The notes: generated from the letters alone by a model not told the origin. A stretch of 64,000 nt of DNA from Sedimentisphaerales bacterium (GCA_963708075.1 OY970194.1:7040001-7104000); one strand, 5' to 3'; shown: positions 21,102 through 32,883, counted from the stretch's first letter. A program made the numbers and translations.

Positions 21102-23021
21102 ATGAAGGTGAGAGTAATTCTTGCAGCAACGGTCTTGCTGATAGTCGCTGGCAGCAGTCTGGCCGCGGATTGGCCGCAATGGCAGGGGCCCAATCGAGAC
21201 GGTAAGTCCGCAGACACGGGCCTCCTCAAGCAGTGGCCTGAAAATAGTCCCCCACTTGCCTGGAAGATCGACAAACTCGGTGGCGGTGACGGCGGTCCGG
21301 CCATTGCCGCCGGACGAATCTTCGTCATGAGCAATCGCGGCGATAAGGAAGTCGTCTGGGCCCTGTCCGAGAAGGATGGAAGTGAAATCTGGGTAGCGCC
21401 CCTTGGGCCGGCCTTTCAGCAGCAGCCATCGCAGGGAAGAGAGGGGCCGGGATGCACACCGACGGTCGATGGCGAACGCCTCTATGTCGAGGGGTTGGGG
21501 GGCAATGTGGCTTGTCTGCAGGTCAAAGACGGCAAGATCGTCTGGCAGCGCAGCCTGACAGAGGACTTTGGAGGCCGCAGACCGATGTGGAGCTACCGCG
21601 AATCGCCGCTCGTTGATGGCGACAAAGTCGTCGTCACTCCCGGCGGGGCCGATGCGATCATGGTGGCCCTGAACAAGCTGACCGGAGAGACGGTCTGGAA
21701 GGCCAAGATGCCTGACAGCCCGGCCAGCGATTCCGGAGCACCGGGTGGCTTTGGCGGCGGTCGAGGGGGTGCCGGCGGACCCGGTGGTGGTCGAGGCGGT
21801 TCCGGCGGGGCCGGCGGTGGTTCGGCTACGGGGGTTACCGGAACCAAGGATCCTGGCTTGTTCTCGAGCGAGCATTTTTCGATGACCGCTTTCTCCTGCA
21901 AGATTCCCAACGGCAAGTATCTCGCGAAGCTCTACTTTGCGGAGACGTACCAAGGCATCACCGGCCCAGGTCAGCGCGTTTTTTCCTTCAATGTCCAGGG
22001 GCAGGATTTCAAGGACTTTGACGTTTGGGTGAAGGCCGGCGGGCCCAACCGCGCCTATATCGAAACTGTGCCCGTGGAAGTGACCAATGGAGAGTTCCGA
22101 ATTGTCTTCACGCCCAAGGTCGAAAACCCGGCGATTAAGGCGATTGAGATCATTCCGCAGACAGAGGGTGGTGCATCTGGCGCCACGACAGTCCGGATCA
22201 AGGCCGGTTCGGCTGTGACATTCACGGATTCCAGCGGCAATGTCTGGCAGCCGGATCAGGGATTCGAGGGAGGCATGACGAACCCGATGGCCGTTGGTTC
22301 AGGAGCCGGCGCCGGCGGCTTTGGCGGCGGTCGAGGGGGGCCCGGCGGTTTCGGAGGTCTCGGAGGCGGTGGAGCGGCCTATGCCTCGCCTATCGCCATC
22401 GACTTTGATGGGCAGCGTCAGTACGTGCAAATGACTGCAAGGGCACTGATCGGAGTCGCGGCATCGGACGGCAAGTTCCTCTGGCGATATGACAAACCCG
22501 CCAACCGCATGGGTCTCAACTGTTCGACGGCGCTGTACCACGATGGGATGGTGTTCGCCTCCTCCGCTTATGGCGCAGGTGCTGGATTGGTCAAACTGAG
22601 CAAGGATGCGAATGGCGCTGTCCAGGCCGAGGAAGTCTATGCCACCACGGACATGCAGAACCACCACGGCGGCATGATCCTTTTCGATGGTTGCCTCTAC
22701 GGCGCCAGCGGCGGCAATGAGGGCGGCGCCCTCGTCTGTCTCGACTTCAAGACAGGCAAGGTTCTGTGGGACCAACGAGCCACCGTTGGTCGTCGCGCGA
22801 AAGGTTCGCTGGCCCTGGCCGACGGCATGCTCTACTATCGAATGGAGGATGGCACTATGTGCCTGATCGAGCCGAACCCGAAGCAATACACCGAACGCGG
22901 TCGCTTCCAACAGCCCGACCGCACCCGCCTACCGGCCTGGGCACACCCGGTCATCGCCAACGGAAAACTGTACATCCGAGATCAGAACGTATTGTTCTGT
23001 TACGACGTCAAGGCGAAGTGA
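21102..23021 (+). CDS. PQQ-like beta-propeller protein with an inserted, circularly permuted malectin domain
   Basis: [18 protein letters not shown] and [16 protein letters not shown]; insert [14 protein letters not shown]...RVFSFNVQG between Gly-rich linkers. Confidence 0.9.
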   Translation: MKVRVILAATVLLIVAGSSLAADWPQWQGPNRDGKSADTGLLKQWPENSPPLAWKIDKLGGGDGGPAIAAGRIFVMSNRGDKEVVWALSEKDGSEIWVAPLGPAFQQQPSQGREGPGCTPTVDGERLYVEGLGGNVACLQVKDGKIVWQRSLTEDFGGRRPMWSYRESPLVDGDKVVVTPGGADAIMVALNKLTGETVWKAKMPDSPASDSGAPGGFGGGRGGAGGPGGGRGGSGGAGGGSATGVTGTKDPGLFSSEHFSMTAFSCKIPNGKYLAKLYFAETYQGITGPGQRVFSFNVQGQDFKDFDVWVKAGGPNRAYIETVPVEVTNGEFRIVFTPKVENPAIKAIEIIPQTEGGASGATTVRIKAGSAVTFTDSSGNVWQPDQGFEGGMTNPMAVGSGAGAGGFGGGRGGPGGFGGLGGGGAAYASPIAIDFDGQRQYVQMTARALIGVAASDGKFLWRYDKPANRMGLNCSTALYHDGMVFASSAYGAGAGLVKLSKDANGAVQAEEVYATTDMQNHHGGMILFDGCLYGASGGNEGGALVCLDFKTGKVLWDQRATVGRRAKGSLALADGMLYYRMEDGTMCLIEPNPKQYTERGRFQQPDRTRLPAWAHPVIANGKLYIRDQNVLFCYDVKAK

Positions 23022-23074
23022 AACTTCGTCGGTCAATTACCATGGTCATGTCCGGTGTGAATTTCCCTCCTTCA

Positions 23075-23169
23075 AAGGGACTGCCGGCGTGGTCGTCTTC
23101 CGCTCCGTACAATCGGAAGCGCCGCGTCGGCACACCTTCTGAGTGTGTTGGGAGCAAGCACGGCGCGTC
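23075..23169. repeat. Intergenic structured repeat, copy 3 of 3
   Basis: Shares the AAGGGACTGYCGGCG start with copy 1 and the GGCAYAC...GTGTGTT hairpin with copy 2. Confidence 0.85.
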
Positions 23170-23195
23170 AATGAGCCGTCGAAAGGAGGAATGGG

Positions 23196-24413
23196 ATGCT
23201 ACGTTATGTTGTCTGCTTGAGTGTGCTGACGGTCTGTAGTGCAGCCGTTAGGGCGTCAGAGGTTGTCGCCAACATTGCGATTGAGAATGCTTCCTTTGAG
23301 GCCCCAGCGATCGATCCGAACGCCTTTCCGGCCTGGCCTGCCATTGACGGTTGGCTCGAGCTGGACCTTGATGCGGGATCTCAGAATACGGGTGTCTTCG
23401 CCAATACGGCGGCAGGTAGTGCGGACCACATAGCGAATGCCGAGGGCAAGCAACTGGCCTTTCTGGGATCGCAGAGGGGCAACGCCTTGGAGCAGGACTT
23501 GGCAGTGGTCTACCGTGTCGGCTGTGAATACCGGCTAGCCGTGGCGGTCGGTGTCTCCGCGCGGTTCCCGCCCTCGGGTATCAAGCCGGTGGATACGATC
23601 GATCTGGTCCTCTATTACCTCGATGTCAACGAACCCGTGGACATCGTGCGTCTGACGATTGGGGCGAAGGGACAGTCCTCAACCCAATTGCAGGACTACA
23701 AGGTGGTGCTGGCGACCGTGCGGCCCAGCGACGCTTGGGCGGACAAGACCATCGGCGTGGCGATCCGGGCCACGGGGGCCGCCGGCGGGTTCTGGGATCT
23801 GGATAACGTCCGGCTGATCGAATTGATGCCCGAATTGGACGTGGTTGCGAACCCCTCCTTTGAGTCTCCGGCTGTCGACCTGACCGGTTTTCCGGTTCTG
23901 TCCTACGTGGATGGCTGGAGGGAGCTCGATCTGGACACCCTGGGCAGCACGAATACCGGCATTTTCGCCAATACCCCGGCGGACAGTTGGGACCACATGG
24001 CTAATGCGGATGGGACCCAACTGGCGTTCCTGGCCTCGGCCACAGGCGATGGCTTGGAGCAGGATTTGGCGGCGGTGTACCGGGAAGGTCGCAGTTATCG
24101 GCTGACGGCGGCGGTCGGCACATCAAGCCGATACCCGCCCTCGGCAGAACTGCCGGCGGACACGCTCGTATTGGCCTTCTACTACTTGGATGACAATGTC
24201 GCCGTGGATATCGTGTCGCAAACGATCGAGCCGGCTGGTCTGTCCTCAAGGCGGTTGCAGGATTTCTCGGTGTACCTGCCGCCGGTGAAGGCTAGCGACG
24301 TCTGGGCCGGAAAGCCCATCGGTATCGCCTTGCGCTCGGCTGGTGAAGCGGGCGGATTCTGGGATCTGGACAACGTCCGCTTGGCCGAATCGTTACCGAT
24401 GGTCCAGAAGTAG
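23196..24413 (+). CDS. Secreted protein with two tandem homologous beta-sandwich (CBM-like) domains
   Basis: Signal peptide; N.SFE.PA.D...GW.ELDLD...NTG.FANT...LEQDLA.VY...AGGFWDLDNVRL occurs twice. Confidence 0.75.
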   Translation: MLRYVVCLSVLTVCSAAVRASEVVANIAIENASFEAPAIDPNAFPAWPAIDGWLELDLDAGSQNTGVFANTAAGSADHIANAEGKQLAFLGSQRGNALEQDLAVVYRVGCEYRLAVAVGVSARFPPSGIKPVDTIDLVLYYLDVNEPVDIVRLTIGAKGQSSTQLQDYKVVLATVRPSDAWADKTIGVAIRATGAAGGFWDLDNVRLIELMPELDVVANPSFESPAVDLTGFPVLSYVDGWRELDLDTLGSTNTGIFANTPADSWDHMANADGTQLAFLASATGDGLEQDLAAVYREGRSYRLTAAVGTSSRYPPSAELPADTLVLAFYYLDDNVAVDIVSQTIEPAGLSSRRLQDFSVYLPPVKASDVWAGKPIGIALRSAGEAGGFWDLDNVRLAESLPMVQK

Positions 24414-24442
24414 ACGCCCTGACTGATTTGTGATGCGGATCA

Positions 24443-25222
24443 ATGAATCGACAAGCGACACGTGAGGCCCGAACTGCCAAGGGCGGCTTTAGCCTGATCG
24501 AGCTGCTGGTGGTGATTGCCATCCTGGCCCTGCTGCTGGCAATCCTCTCGCCCGCCCTGACCGAAACGCGGCACCGGGCCCGCCGGATCGCCTGCGCCGC
24601 GAACCTCCGCCAAGTGGGCGCGGCGATTCATCTTTACGCCCACGACTTTGACGACTCAATTCCGTTCGGGCCGGTGGGCCGACCGGTCACGGGCTCCAAT
24701 TTCTACACAGTCACTGGAGACGTCACCAGCCTGCTGTCGCTCGAAGACGGCGCCACGGTCGGATTGGGACTGCTGCTGAAGGACTACCTGTTTCGTCAGC
24801 CGCTGGTGTTGTTCTGCCCCGGCGCCGATCAACCGTCGGAAGCCAAGGAGCAACTGGCCCGGGTGGGGTCCGCGCAGGCCCAGAGTGACTACTACTATCG
24901 TCATGCCTCCGTGGCTCTGCTGACGGGCAAGCCACAGAGCTTCCACGTTCGCCTGAGCAATCTGGGCCATAACAGCAAAGACCAACCGATCGGCGCGTTG
25001 GTGGCCGATGTGCAGTTCCTCGCGCACTCCTCATTGGCGGCTTTTCAGGTGATGACGCGAACGAGCCATCAGCGGGAGGCCAGCAACGTCCTCTTCGCCG
25101 CTGGCAACGTGTCTACCCTCCCCAATCACGACGACGCCTTCACGGTGGACATTGGGACTGCGCCCTACGATGCCCTCGAACGGATCCTTGCCATGTTCGA
25201 GCACGCGGACGAACACCGTTGA
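24443..25222 (+). CDS. Prepilin-type N-terminal cleavage/methylation domain protein
   Basis: GFSLIELLVVIAILALLLAILSPAL...CAANLRQVG; C-terminal SH...NVLFAAGNV. Confidence 0.9.
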   Translation: MNRQATREARTAKGGFSLIELLVVIAILALLLAILSPALTETRHRARRIACAANLRQVGAAIHLYAHDFDDSIPFGPVGRPVTGSNFYTVTGDVTSLLSLEDGATVGLGLLLKDYLFRQPLVLFCPGADQPSEAKEQLARVGSAQAQSDYYYRHASVALLTGKPQSFHVRLSNLGHNSKDQPIGALVADVQFLAHSSLAAFQVMTRTSHQREASNVLFAAGNVSTLPNHDDAFTVDIGTAPYDALERILAMFEHADEHR

Positions 25223-25581
25223 CAGGAATTCTCATGCGAGACAACCACACCGATCGCCAAGAACCATCAAGTAGATGCGATGGAGAAGTGTCGTGCCATT
25301 TTGCGTGACCGTCTGCCGCATCGTATGTCTCCTCAGTCATCCGGAAAAGGCAGAAGAGATCGGCATGGCTCGTTGTGACATCATGTCTCCAAGATGTCTC
25401 CACCCGTACCAGTTGCAGCGAAGAGCGGCATATTCGCACCCCCTGGCAAGCGCAAAAAACGCGGCTTTCACGATTTATCGGGCCGGGCATCGGACTGGTT
25501 GCACTATGCGCCTTGTCGAGTCCGGGTTGGAGCCACGCTCAGGGTCACTGATCCGGTGGAGACTATGGCAGTCGTGCCGGC

Positions 25582-25968
25582 TCAGAAGGGGATGTTATCA
25601 TCGATAGCCTCTTGCGGGTTGGTTGGAGGGGGTGGTTGGATGGGACTGCCAGGGTGTGCCGCTGCTTCTTGCTGATGCCGGTGTTTCTTCTGCTGTGCCT
25701 GCTTACGTGCCCTGTCCGCCACCATCTGCTCAATGGAACGGACGTTGTCCGGCCGCTCCTTCCTGAAATGTTTGAGATACGACTCCTCAATATACTGCGG
25801 CAGGGGGACCTTCCAGGGTTCCTGCTGGTGATTGGCCATGCCTCCGAGCTTCTTTGGGTTCATCCCGAGTTCCCGTGCCATCTGAACCTGGACATGGGAA
25901 AGGTGAAACCGCTTTCGGGCATCGATCCAAGCCTGGAGTTTGGGAGGCAGCTTCTTCTGATTGGCCAC
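25582..25968 (-). CDS. Hypothetical protein
   Basis: Plausible ORF (WIDARKRFHLSHVQVQMARELGMNPKKLG...EPWKVPLPQYIEE) co-oriented with the HTH gene. Confidence 0.7.
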   Translation of the reverse strand: MANQKKLPPKLQAWIDARKRFHLSHVQVQMARELGMNPKKLGGMANHQQEPWKVPLPQYIEESYLKHFRKERPDNVRSIEQMVADRARKQAQQKKHRHQQEAAAHPGSPIQPPPPTNPQEAIDDNIPF

Positions 25969-25995
25969 AATGGCACACTGTACACGAGTGGCGGT

Positions 25996-26452
25996 CTACT
26001 TCGACTTCTTCCGGCTCCCACCGGCCAGTTGTTCCAGCCGGGCCAGGGTCTCTCTATTGCCCAGAGGGCGAAGTGCGGCGATCCGTGCCACTTGCTGCTT
26101 GCGCGGTCGAGAGGTCTCTTGTTCCCAACTGTAGATGGTCTGGCCGGTGACACCGATGAGTCTGCCGTAGTTCGCTGCGGAGAGCCCCAGACGCTGGCGC
26201 TGGGAGCGCAGACCCTTGGCGGTGAAGCGTACGTGTTCTCCATTGGCTTCGGCCGGCTGCGAGGAAACACCTCTGAGCACCTGCTTCTGGAGAGGGGTGA
26301 CTTCACGTTGCAGGTCGGACTTCCGGCGTTTCATTTCCGCAATTTCCTTGCGATGCTGGGCGGACATCTTCTTGAGAATGCTTATTTGTTTGCGGATCTC
26401 CTTGCGCAAGGCGTTGTATCTCCTCTTTGAGCACTGCAGCGATGTTCGGCAT
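25996..26452 (-). CDS. Coiled-coil plus XRE-type HTH protein; frameshift near 26405
   Basis: MPNIAAVLKEEIQRLA continues as RKEIRKQ in another frame (GC dinucleotide slip); HTH LGLSAANYGRLIGVTGQTIYSWE. Confidence 0.8.
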
Positions 26453-26707
26453 GTCTTTCTCCTGTCGGCTCCTATTGGGCACTCCGTCGCACTGACACGG
26501 CGGAGTGTACGCGGGACATGATAACACGGAGAGGCGTCGTGTGGGAACTATGAATCTGACCCGGAGACCTGTGATGCACAAGGTGTGTCTGTCAGATCTC
26601 TGGGGTCATGGTACCAAAGACATGGGTGAAACGGAGTGGACCGACGAACTGGAGGGGCCTTGGCGAAGACAGACGCTCGCTGCCTACATGACTGCCTATT
26701 CCTCATA

Positions 26708-26821
26708 GAGCAACGGTTGCTGGAACACTCAAGTCCACAGCTCACGAATGACGTATACACAAATGTGGATCCGGTGCTACGGCAGGCGGTCGATCTGTTG
26801 CCTGTCGCAGATTGGGTATGA
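26708..26821 (+). pseudogene. Tyrosine recombinase/integrase C-terminal remnant
   Basis: EQRLLEHSSPQLTNDVYTNVDPVLRQAV matches the box II pattern LL.H......T..Y; no upstream integrase body. Confidence 0.7.
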
Positions 26822-27164
26822 GAAGAATCCCGTCATATGGGAGCCCCAAGCAGGTGCGATTTGCTCCTCTAAACACCGACGACCCGAGCGTCGCTCCGGC
26901 CCAGGGATAGAGACGACGTAGCAGCGATACTGCCACGTCTCCTCTTCACTCCCGCCTCTGGCCCAAAGCGATAAACATCAAGACGGGAGAACTGAATAGG
27001 CGACTTCGTCGGCAAGGCCTGTCAGGACCTGACCGATACGTTGCGTCCCGCGGACTTTGACTTCTTTGAATACCAGGAAAGAGACTATCACCCCAGTCCA
27101 TTCAGCGCCTCATCCTGGTGACTCTCCGCTTTGTGCATCATACGGTGAAGAATCTTGTCGGCAT

Positions 27165-27205
27165 CCCATTTTCCATCTCACAGGCGGCACTTTGGAGCGG
27201 TATTA
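27165..27205 (+). promoter_or_regulatory. Putative ECF-type promoter motif upstream of the CE6-like esterase
   Basis: CCCATTTTCCATCTCAC-N16-CGGTATTA; matching motif at 36561-36601 on the minus strand. Confidence 0.5.
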
Positions 27206-27216
27206 CTTGTGTATGA

Positions 27217-28224
<1,008 letters not shown>

Positions 28225-28233
28225 GAGGTAAAC

Positions 28234-31200
28234 ATGAAGACGAGAATCAGTCTTGTGATCATGCTCGCACTGGCGCTCACGCTGCCTGTCGCCACGTTGA
28301 TGATGGCCGCACAGGCCGGGGCGGGACGCAATGTTGCTCCGCCCAGGCCGGAAGGCCCATGTGACATCTACGCCGCCGCCGGCGCCCCCTGCGTGGCCGC
28401 CCACAGCACCACGCGCGCGCTGTACGCCTCCTACAACGGCCCGCTCTACCAGGTCCTGCGCCAGTCGGACGGCAAGACCTTGGACATCGGCGTCGTCCAG
28501 CCCTCCGCGGGCGGATGCGGGCGGATACGCCGACGCGGCCGCGCAGGACGCCTTCTGCGCCAACACGTACTGCTGGATCACCACCCTCTACGACCAGTCC
28601 GGCAAGGACAACCACCTCGTCCAGGCGCCCCGCGGCGGATTCAGCGGCCCGGCCATGGGTGGGTTCAACAACCTCCCGCTCGCCGACATGGCGCCGATCA
28701 CGATCATGGGCCACAAGGCCTACGGCGTCTTCATCGAGCCGGGCATGGGCCTCCGCTGGAACGACGCGAAGGGCACCGCCGTCGACGACCAGGCCGAGGG
28801 GCAGTACTGGGTCATCAACGGCCATCACTACAACTCCGGCTGCTGCTTCGACTACGGCAACGCCGAGACCGACAGCCGCGACGACGGCAACGGCACCATG
28901 GAAACCACCTACTACGGCAACGCCACCGCCTGGTATCGCGGGCAGCGCCCCCGGCCCGTGGATCATGACCGACCAGGAGAACAACCTGGTGGGTTGCGTC
29001 AACGAGTCCCGAACGGATCCAAGTTCTGCCCAGACCTGCCGATCATCACCTGGCGATTCGTGACCGCCACGGCCGACGGCGAACCGCACCACTGGAGATC
29101 CATGGGCGGCGACGCGCAGAAGGGCGACCTGAAGATCATGTTCGACGGACCGCGCGTCAACCACACCTACGACCCGATGCGCAAGCAGGGCGCCATCCTC
29201 CTGGGCAACGGCGGCGACAACAGCAACGGCTCGCAGGGCACCTTCTATGAAGGCGCGATGACGGCCCCAGACACCTTCCCGACGCAGGAGACCAACCAGA
29301 AGGTGCAGGCCAACGTCGTGGCCGCCAGGTACGACGTGCCGCGGCTGAGCCTCGCGCCGGCGTCGGCAACCGCCACGCCGCCGGGACTCCAGACGTTCTC
29401 GCCGGGCTCCTCGCAGGACACCACCGTGACGTTCACGAATACCACGGGGGCGCCCGCGACGGGCGTCAAGTTGAGCATCTCCGTGCCCGCGGGGTGGACC
29501 TCCGTGGTCTCCGGCGCCACCGAGACGTCGAAGACGTTCGCCGACCCGGTCGCGCCGGGCGCGACCGTGAGCGCGACCTTCAAGGTCACCTCGGGGCCGG
29601 CGGCCTTCAACGGCGACCTGGTCGGCAACGCCTCGTGGACGAACGCGAACGGCCGGACGCAATCCGAGACGACGGCCGAGAAGGTGCGGAACGTCAGCCC
29701 GATCAAGATCAACGAGTTCCGCATCAGCGCCGGTTCTCCCGCCAACTCGACGGACTCGTTCATCGAGCTCTACAACGCCGGCGCCAGCGCCGTCGACATC
29801 TCCAACTGGACTCTGACCCAGCACCCGACCCAGCAGCCCATCTTCTCGTCGGTGAAGATCCCGGCCGGGACGAAGCTCGCGGCGAAGGGCTTCTACCTGC
29901 TCGGCCTCTCCAACTCCGGGCTGGCGGTCCCCGCGCAAAAGGGCGATACCACCATCTACGTCCGGAGCACGACCGGCATGAACGTCGGCGATACGATCGA
30001 AATCGACACCGGCTCCGCCGTGGAAACCCGCAAGATCGCCAGCCTCGGGACGGCGGCCGGCAACACCACGACGCTGTGGCAACCCCTCCCCGACGGTCCG
30101 GTGATCACGATCCCCGCCGGCTCGACCAACGTGCCTGTCACGAGCGTGGCCGGCTTCGAGGTCGGCCAGAAGATCGGCCATCGGCTATGGCGCCACCTAC
30201 CCCGCCGTCGCGAAGACCGTGGAGAAGTACGAGGTGGTCACGGTCACCGCGGTCGGCAAGCCGGGCACGCAAGCCTGGCTGTCGGCGGACGCGAAAGCCG
30301 GCGACACCAACATCAAGGTATCATCCGTCGCCAACATCTCGGTCGGCGACAAGATCCGATTGGACATCGACAGCGTCGGCCACGGGATCGAGACCGTCAC
30401 GGTCACGAAAGTCGGCACGCAGTCGGTTCGCAACACCTTCAACGGTCCCTTAAGGGCCGATGAGGATCCGGGCACGGGCCTCGACCTGGCCGCACCGCTG
30501 AAGTTCAACCATGCGTCCAACATGCCCTTCAGCGTCCGGGGAACGGGGATCAGCTTCGAGCCGGCGACGGCCTTCGCCCACTCGAGCAACGAGCCCGTCC
30601 TGCCGCTCGGCACCGGCATCACGCTCGACAAGCCCCTGGCCAACGACCACGAGATCAACGCGGTGGTGCGCGACGCCGACGGTCACGACCGCGGGCTACC
30701 AGGGGACGCCGACGCCCAACCAGTGGTTCGGGGGCCCCGCCCTCGTCCGCCAGCGCCGGCAACATGGTGCTGCGTGACGCCGCCGGCCTGGTCGTCGACA
30801 GCCTCAACTACGGCGGCCTCGTCGACCCATGGGCCGCCGAGGGTTACCAGGCCGACCTCCGGAGCAGGGGAGAGTGGCTGCCGCGTGCCTGCGCCCGGCG
30901 CGGGCCGCGGCGGTTTCGGCGGGCCGGCCGGTCCGGCCGCCAGCACGCCCAATCGGAGCGCAGGCCGCTTCCCGGACGGCGCCGACACCGACAGCAACTG
31001 CCGCGATTTCCTGTTGCAGACCGCCACCACCCTGTCGGCCGCTTCGGCCGCCGGCGCGAACAATATCAAAGTCGCCAGCGTGGCGGACTTTGGCGCCGGC
31101 CAGACGATCATGATTGATACGGGCGCGAACCGCGAGACCGCCGTCATCGCGACGGTTGGCACGCCAGGCGCCACCACGGTGGGCACCGCCACCGACGCGG

Positions 31201-31536
31201 GCGCGACCGTTATCCCTGTCGCCAGCGCGGCAGGCTTTAGCGCCGGCCAGACCATCACCATCGACAGTGGCGCGAACCGGGAGACGGCGGTTGTCGCCTC
31301 CGTCACCGGCGGCAGAGGTCGGCTTTGGCGGCTCTGGCGGCAGAGGCGGCCCTGGCGGCGCCACGATCACCGTCGCCGCGCCGCTCACGATCGCGCACGC
31401 GGTCGGCGCACAGGTCTCCGGCACCGGCATCACCCTCACCGCCGCATTGACCAAGGCGCATGCCAGCGGGGCGCAGGTCGCCGGCAGCGTTCCCACGCCC
31501 GGTGCGCCCAACCAGTATCCCAGGAGACCTCAGTGA
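28234..31536 (+). pseudogene. GH54 alpha-L-arabinofuranosidase B-like multidomain protein (NPCBM-associated Ig, lamin-tail); about 7 frameshifts, possibly sequencing errors
   Basis: GPCDIYAAAGAPCVAAHSTTRALY, NSGCCFDYGNAET, MRKQGAILLGNGGDNSN...GTFYEG, IKINEF; coding sense hops between frames. Confidence 0.85.
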
Positions 31537-31596
31537 GGACGCTTGTGGAACTGAATTAGACGGCTGTCGCTCGAACCGTCCCGGACAACACAGATT

Positions 31597-31640
31597 AGGG
31601 CTCCGCGGCTCGATGGCGGGCCGCGGAGCCTTCTGTTTCC
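31597..31640 (+). terminator. Intrinsic terminator
   Basis: GGCTCCGCGGCTCG-ATGG-CGGGCCGCGGAGCC followed by TTCTGTTT. Confidence 0.7.
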
Positions 31641-31689
31641 CCGCGAAGGTAATGCTCAAAAGGATCGAACTTTGGTTCCTTACAGAGAA

Positions 31690-32883
31690 ATGACTCGTCT
31701 TCGCCGGTCCTGGCCCTGGTGGCGCTGGGTCTTGACGGGTTTGAGCGCGCTGGCTCTGGCGTTGAGCGTCTACCTGAGCTGGCATTATCTGGCGGGCGGG
31801 TCGGTGATTGGCTGCGGCGGCGGAAGCTCGTGCGAACAGGTGCTCAGCAGCCGGTGGTCGGCGATAGGTGGGGTGTTGCCCGTCAGCGGTCTGGCGACGG
31901 GGGCGTATCTGGCGATGCTGGTAGCCAGTCTTTTCATTGGTCCGGCCACGGCGGCACCAGTCCGGCGGCTGGCCTGGGGCGCGATGCTGGTTCTGGTCGG
32001 GGCGGCCGCCGGAAGTGCCGTGTGGTTCACCATCGTGCAGAAATGGGTCATTGGGGCCTTTTGCCTCCTATTGCATGGCCACGCACATCACCGGTCTGCT
32101 GCTGGCGGCTCTGGTAATCTGGCGAGCGCCCAGGCAATTCGACGACGATGCAACCCCACGGCGCGTTATTGGCCCCTTGCCCGCAATCGGCTTGTCCATG
32201 GTCGGTCTGGCCCTGGCCGGCATCCTGGCGGCCTGCCAGGTCGGCATTACTGCCTCCGGCCGTCTATCGCGGCGGCGAGTCGCAGAATGAACCTGCCTGC
32301 CCTCGATCCTCACGCCGTGCCGCTGGTCGGTTCGCCGGACGCCCTCTACGTCGTCACCCTGCTCTTCGATTATAAATGCCCCCATTGCCAGCCATTGCAT
32401 TTCATGCTCGATGAGGCGATTCGCCGCTACGGCGGCAAGCTGGCCTTTGCGCTGTGTCCGGCGCCGTTGAACAGCCAGTGCAACCCTTACATCCCCCGGG
32501 ACGTGGATGCATACAAGGACTCCTGCGAACTGGCCGAAGTTGGCTTGGCGGTTTGGGTGGCCAAGCGCGAGGCGTTTCCTGCCTTCAACCGCTGGATGTT
32601 CTCGTTGGAGTCCGGCGACCGCTGGCACCCGCGAAGCCTCGACGCCGCCCGGGCCAAAGCTGTCGAATTGGTTGGCCAGGCGAAGTTCGATGCCGCCCGG
32701 GCCGACCCCTGGATCGACCGGTATCTGGAAACCTCTATTCGGATTTACGGCACCACCATCCAGGGCGGCAACAACGCCGTCCCCAAACTGGTTTTCGGCT
32801 CGCGTTGGGTCATCCCCAAACCGTATGACGCAGACGACCTTGTTTCGATTCTGCAGGCCGGCTTGGCCGTGCCCATGCCCTAA
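31690..32883 (+). CDS. VKOR-family membrane protein fused to a DsbA/thioredoxin-like domain; three compensating +1 frameshifts at ~32066-32290
   Basis: GCGGGSSCEQVLSSRWS; the VKOR CxxC (FC.YCMATH) lies in an alternative frame; FDYKCPHC. Confidence 0.85.
   Translation: MTRLRRSWPWWRWVLTGLSALALALSVYLSWHYLAGGSVIGCGGGSSCEQVLSSRWSAIGGVLPVSGLATGAYLAMLVASLFIGPATAAPVRRLAWGAMLVLVGAAAGSAVWFTIVQKWVIGAFCLLLHGHAHHRSAAGGSGNLASAQAIRRRCNPTARYWPLARNRLVHGRSGPGRHPGGLPGRHYCLRPSIAAASRRMNLPALDPHAVPLVGSPDALYVVTLLFDYKCPHCQPLHFMLDEAIRRYGGKLAFALCPAPLNSQCNPYIPRDVDAYKDSCELAEVGLAVWVAKREAFPAFNRWMFSLESGDRWHPRSLDAARAKAVELVGQAKFDAARADPWIDRYLETSIRIYGTTIQGGNNAVPKLVFGSRWVIPKPYDADDLVSILQAGLAVPMP

Noticed and set aside
6690..23169. 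The three-copy repeat as integron attC sites
   Set aside because: No RYYYAAC/GTTRRRY ends, no IntI gene, and not present after every gene.
31085..31300. Internal duplication (GCCGGCCAGAC.ATCA..AT.GA....GGCGCGAACCG.GAGAC)
   Set aside because: An ordinary tandem protein repeat within the GH54 multidomain gene.
28500..32300. Frameshifts as programmed recoding or phase variation
   Set aside because: Not at slippery heptamers or long simple repeats, and too many in one block; error or decay is simpler.
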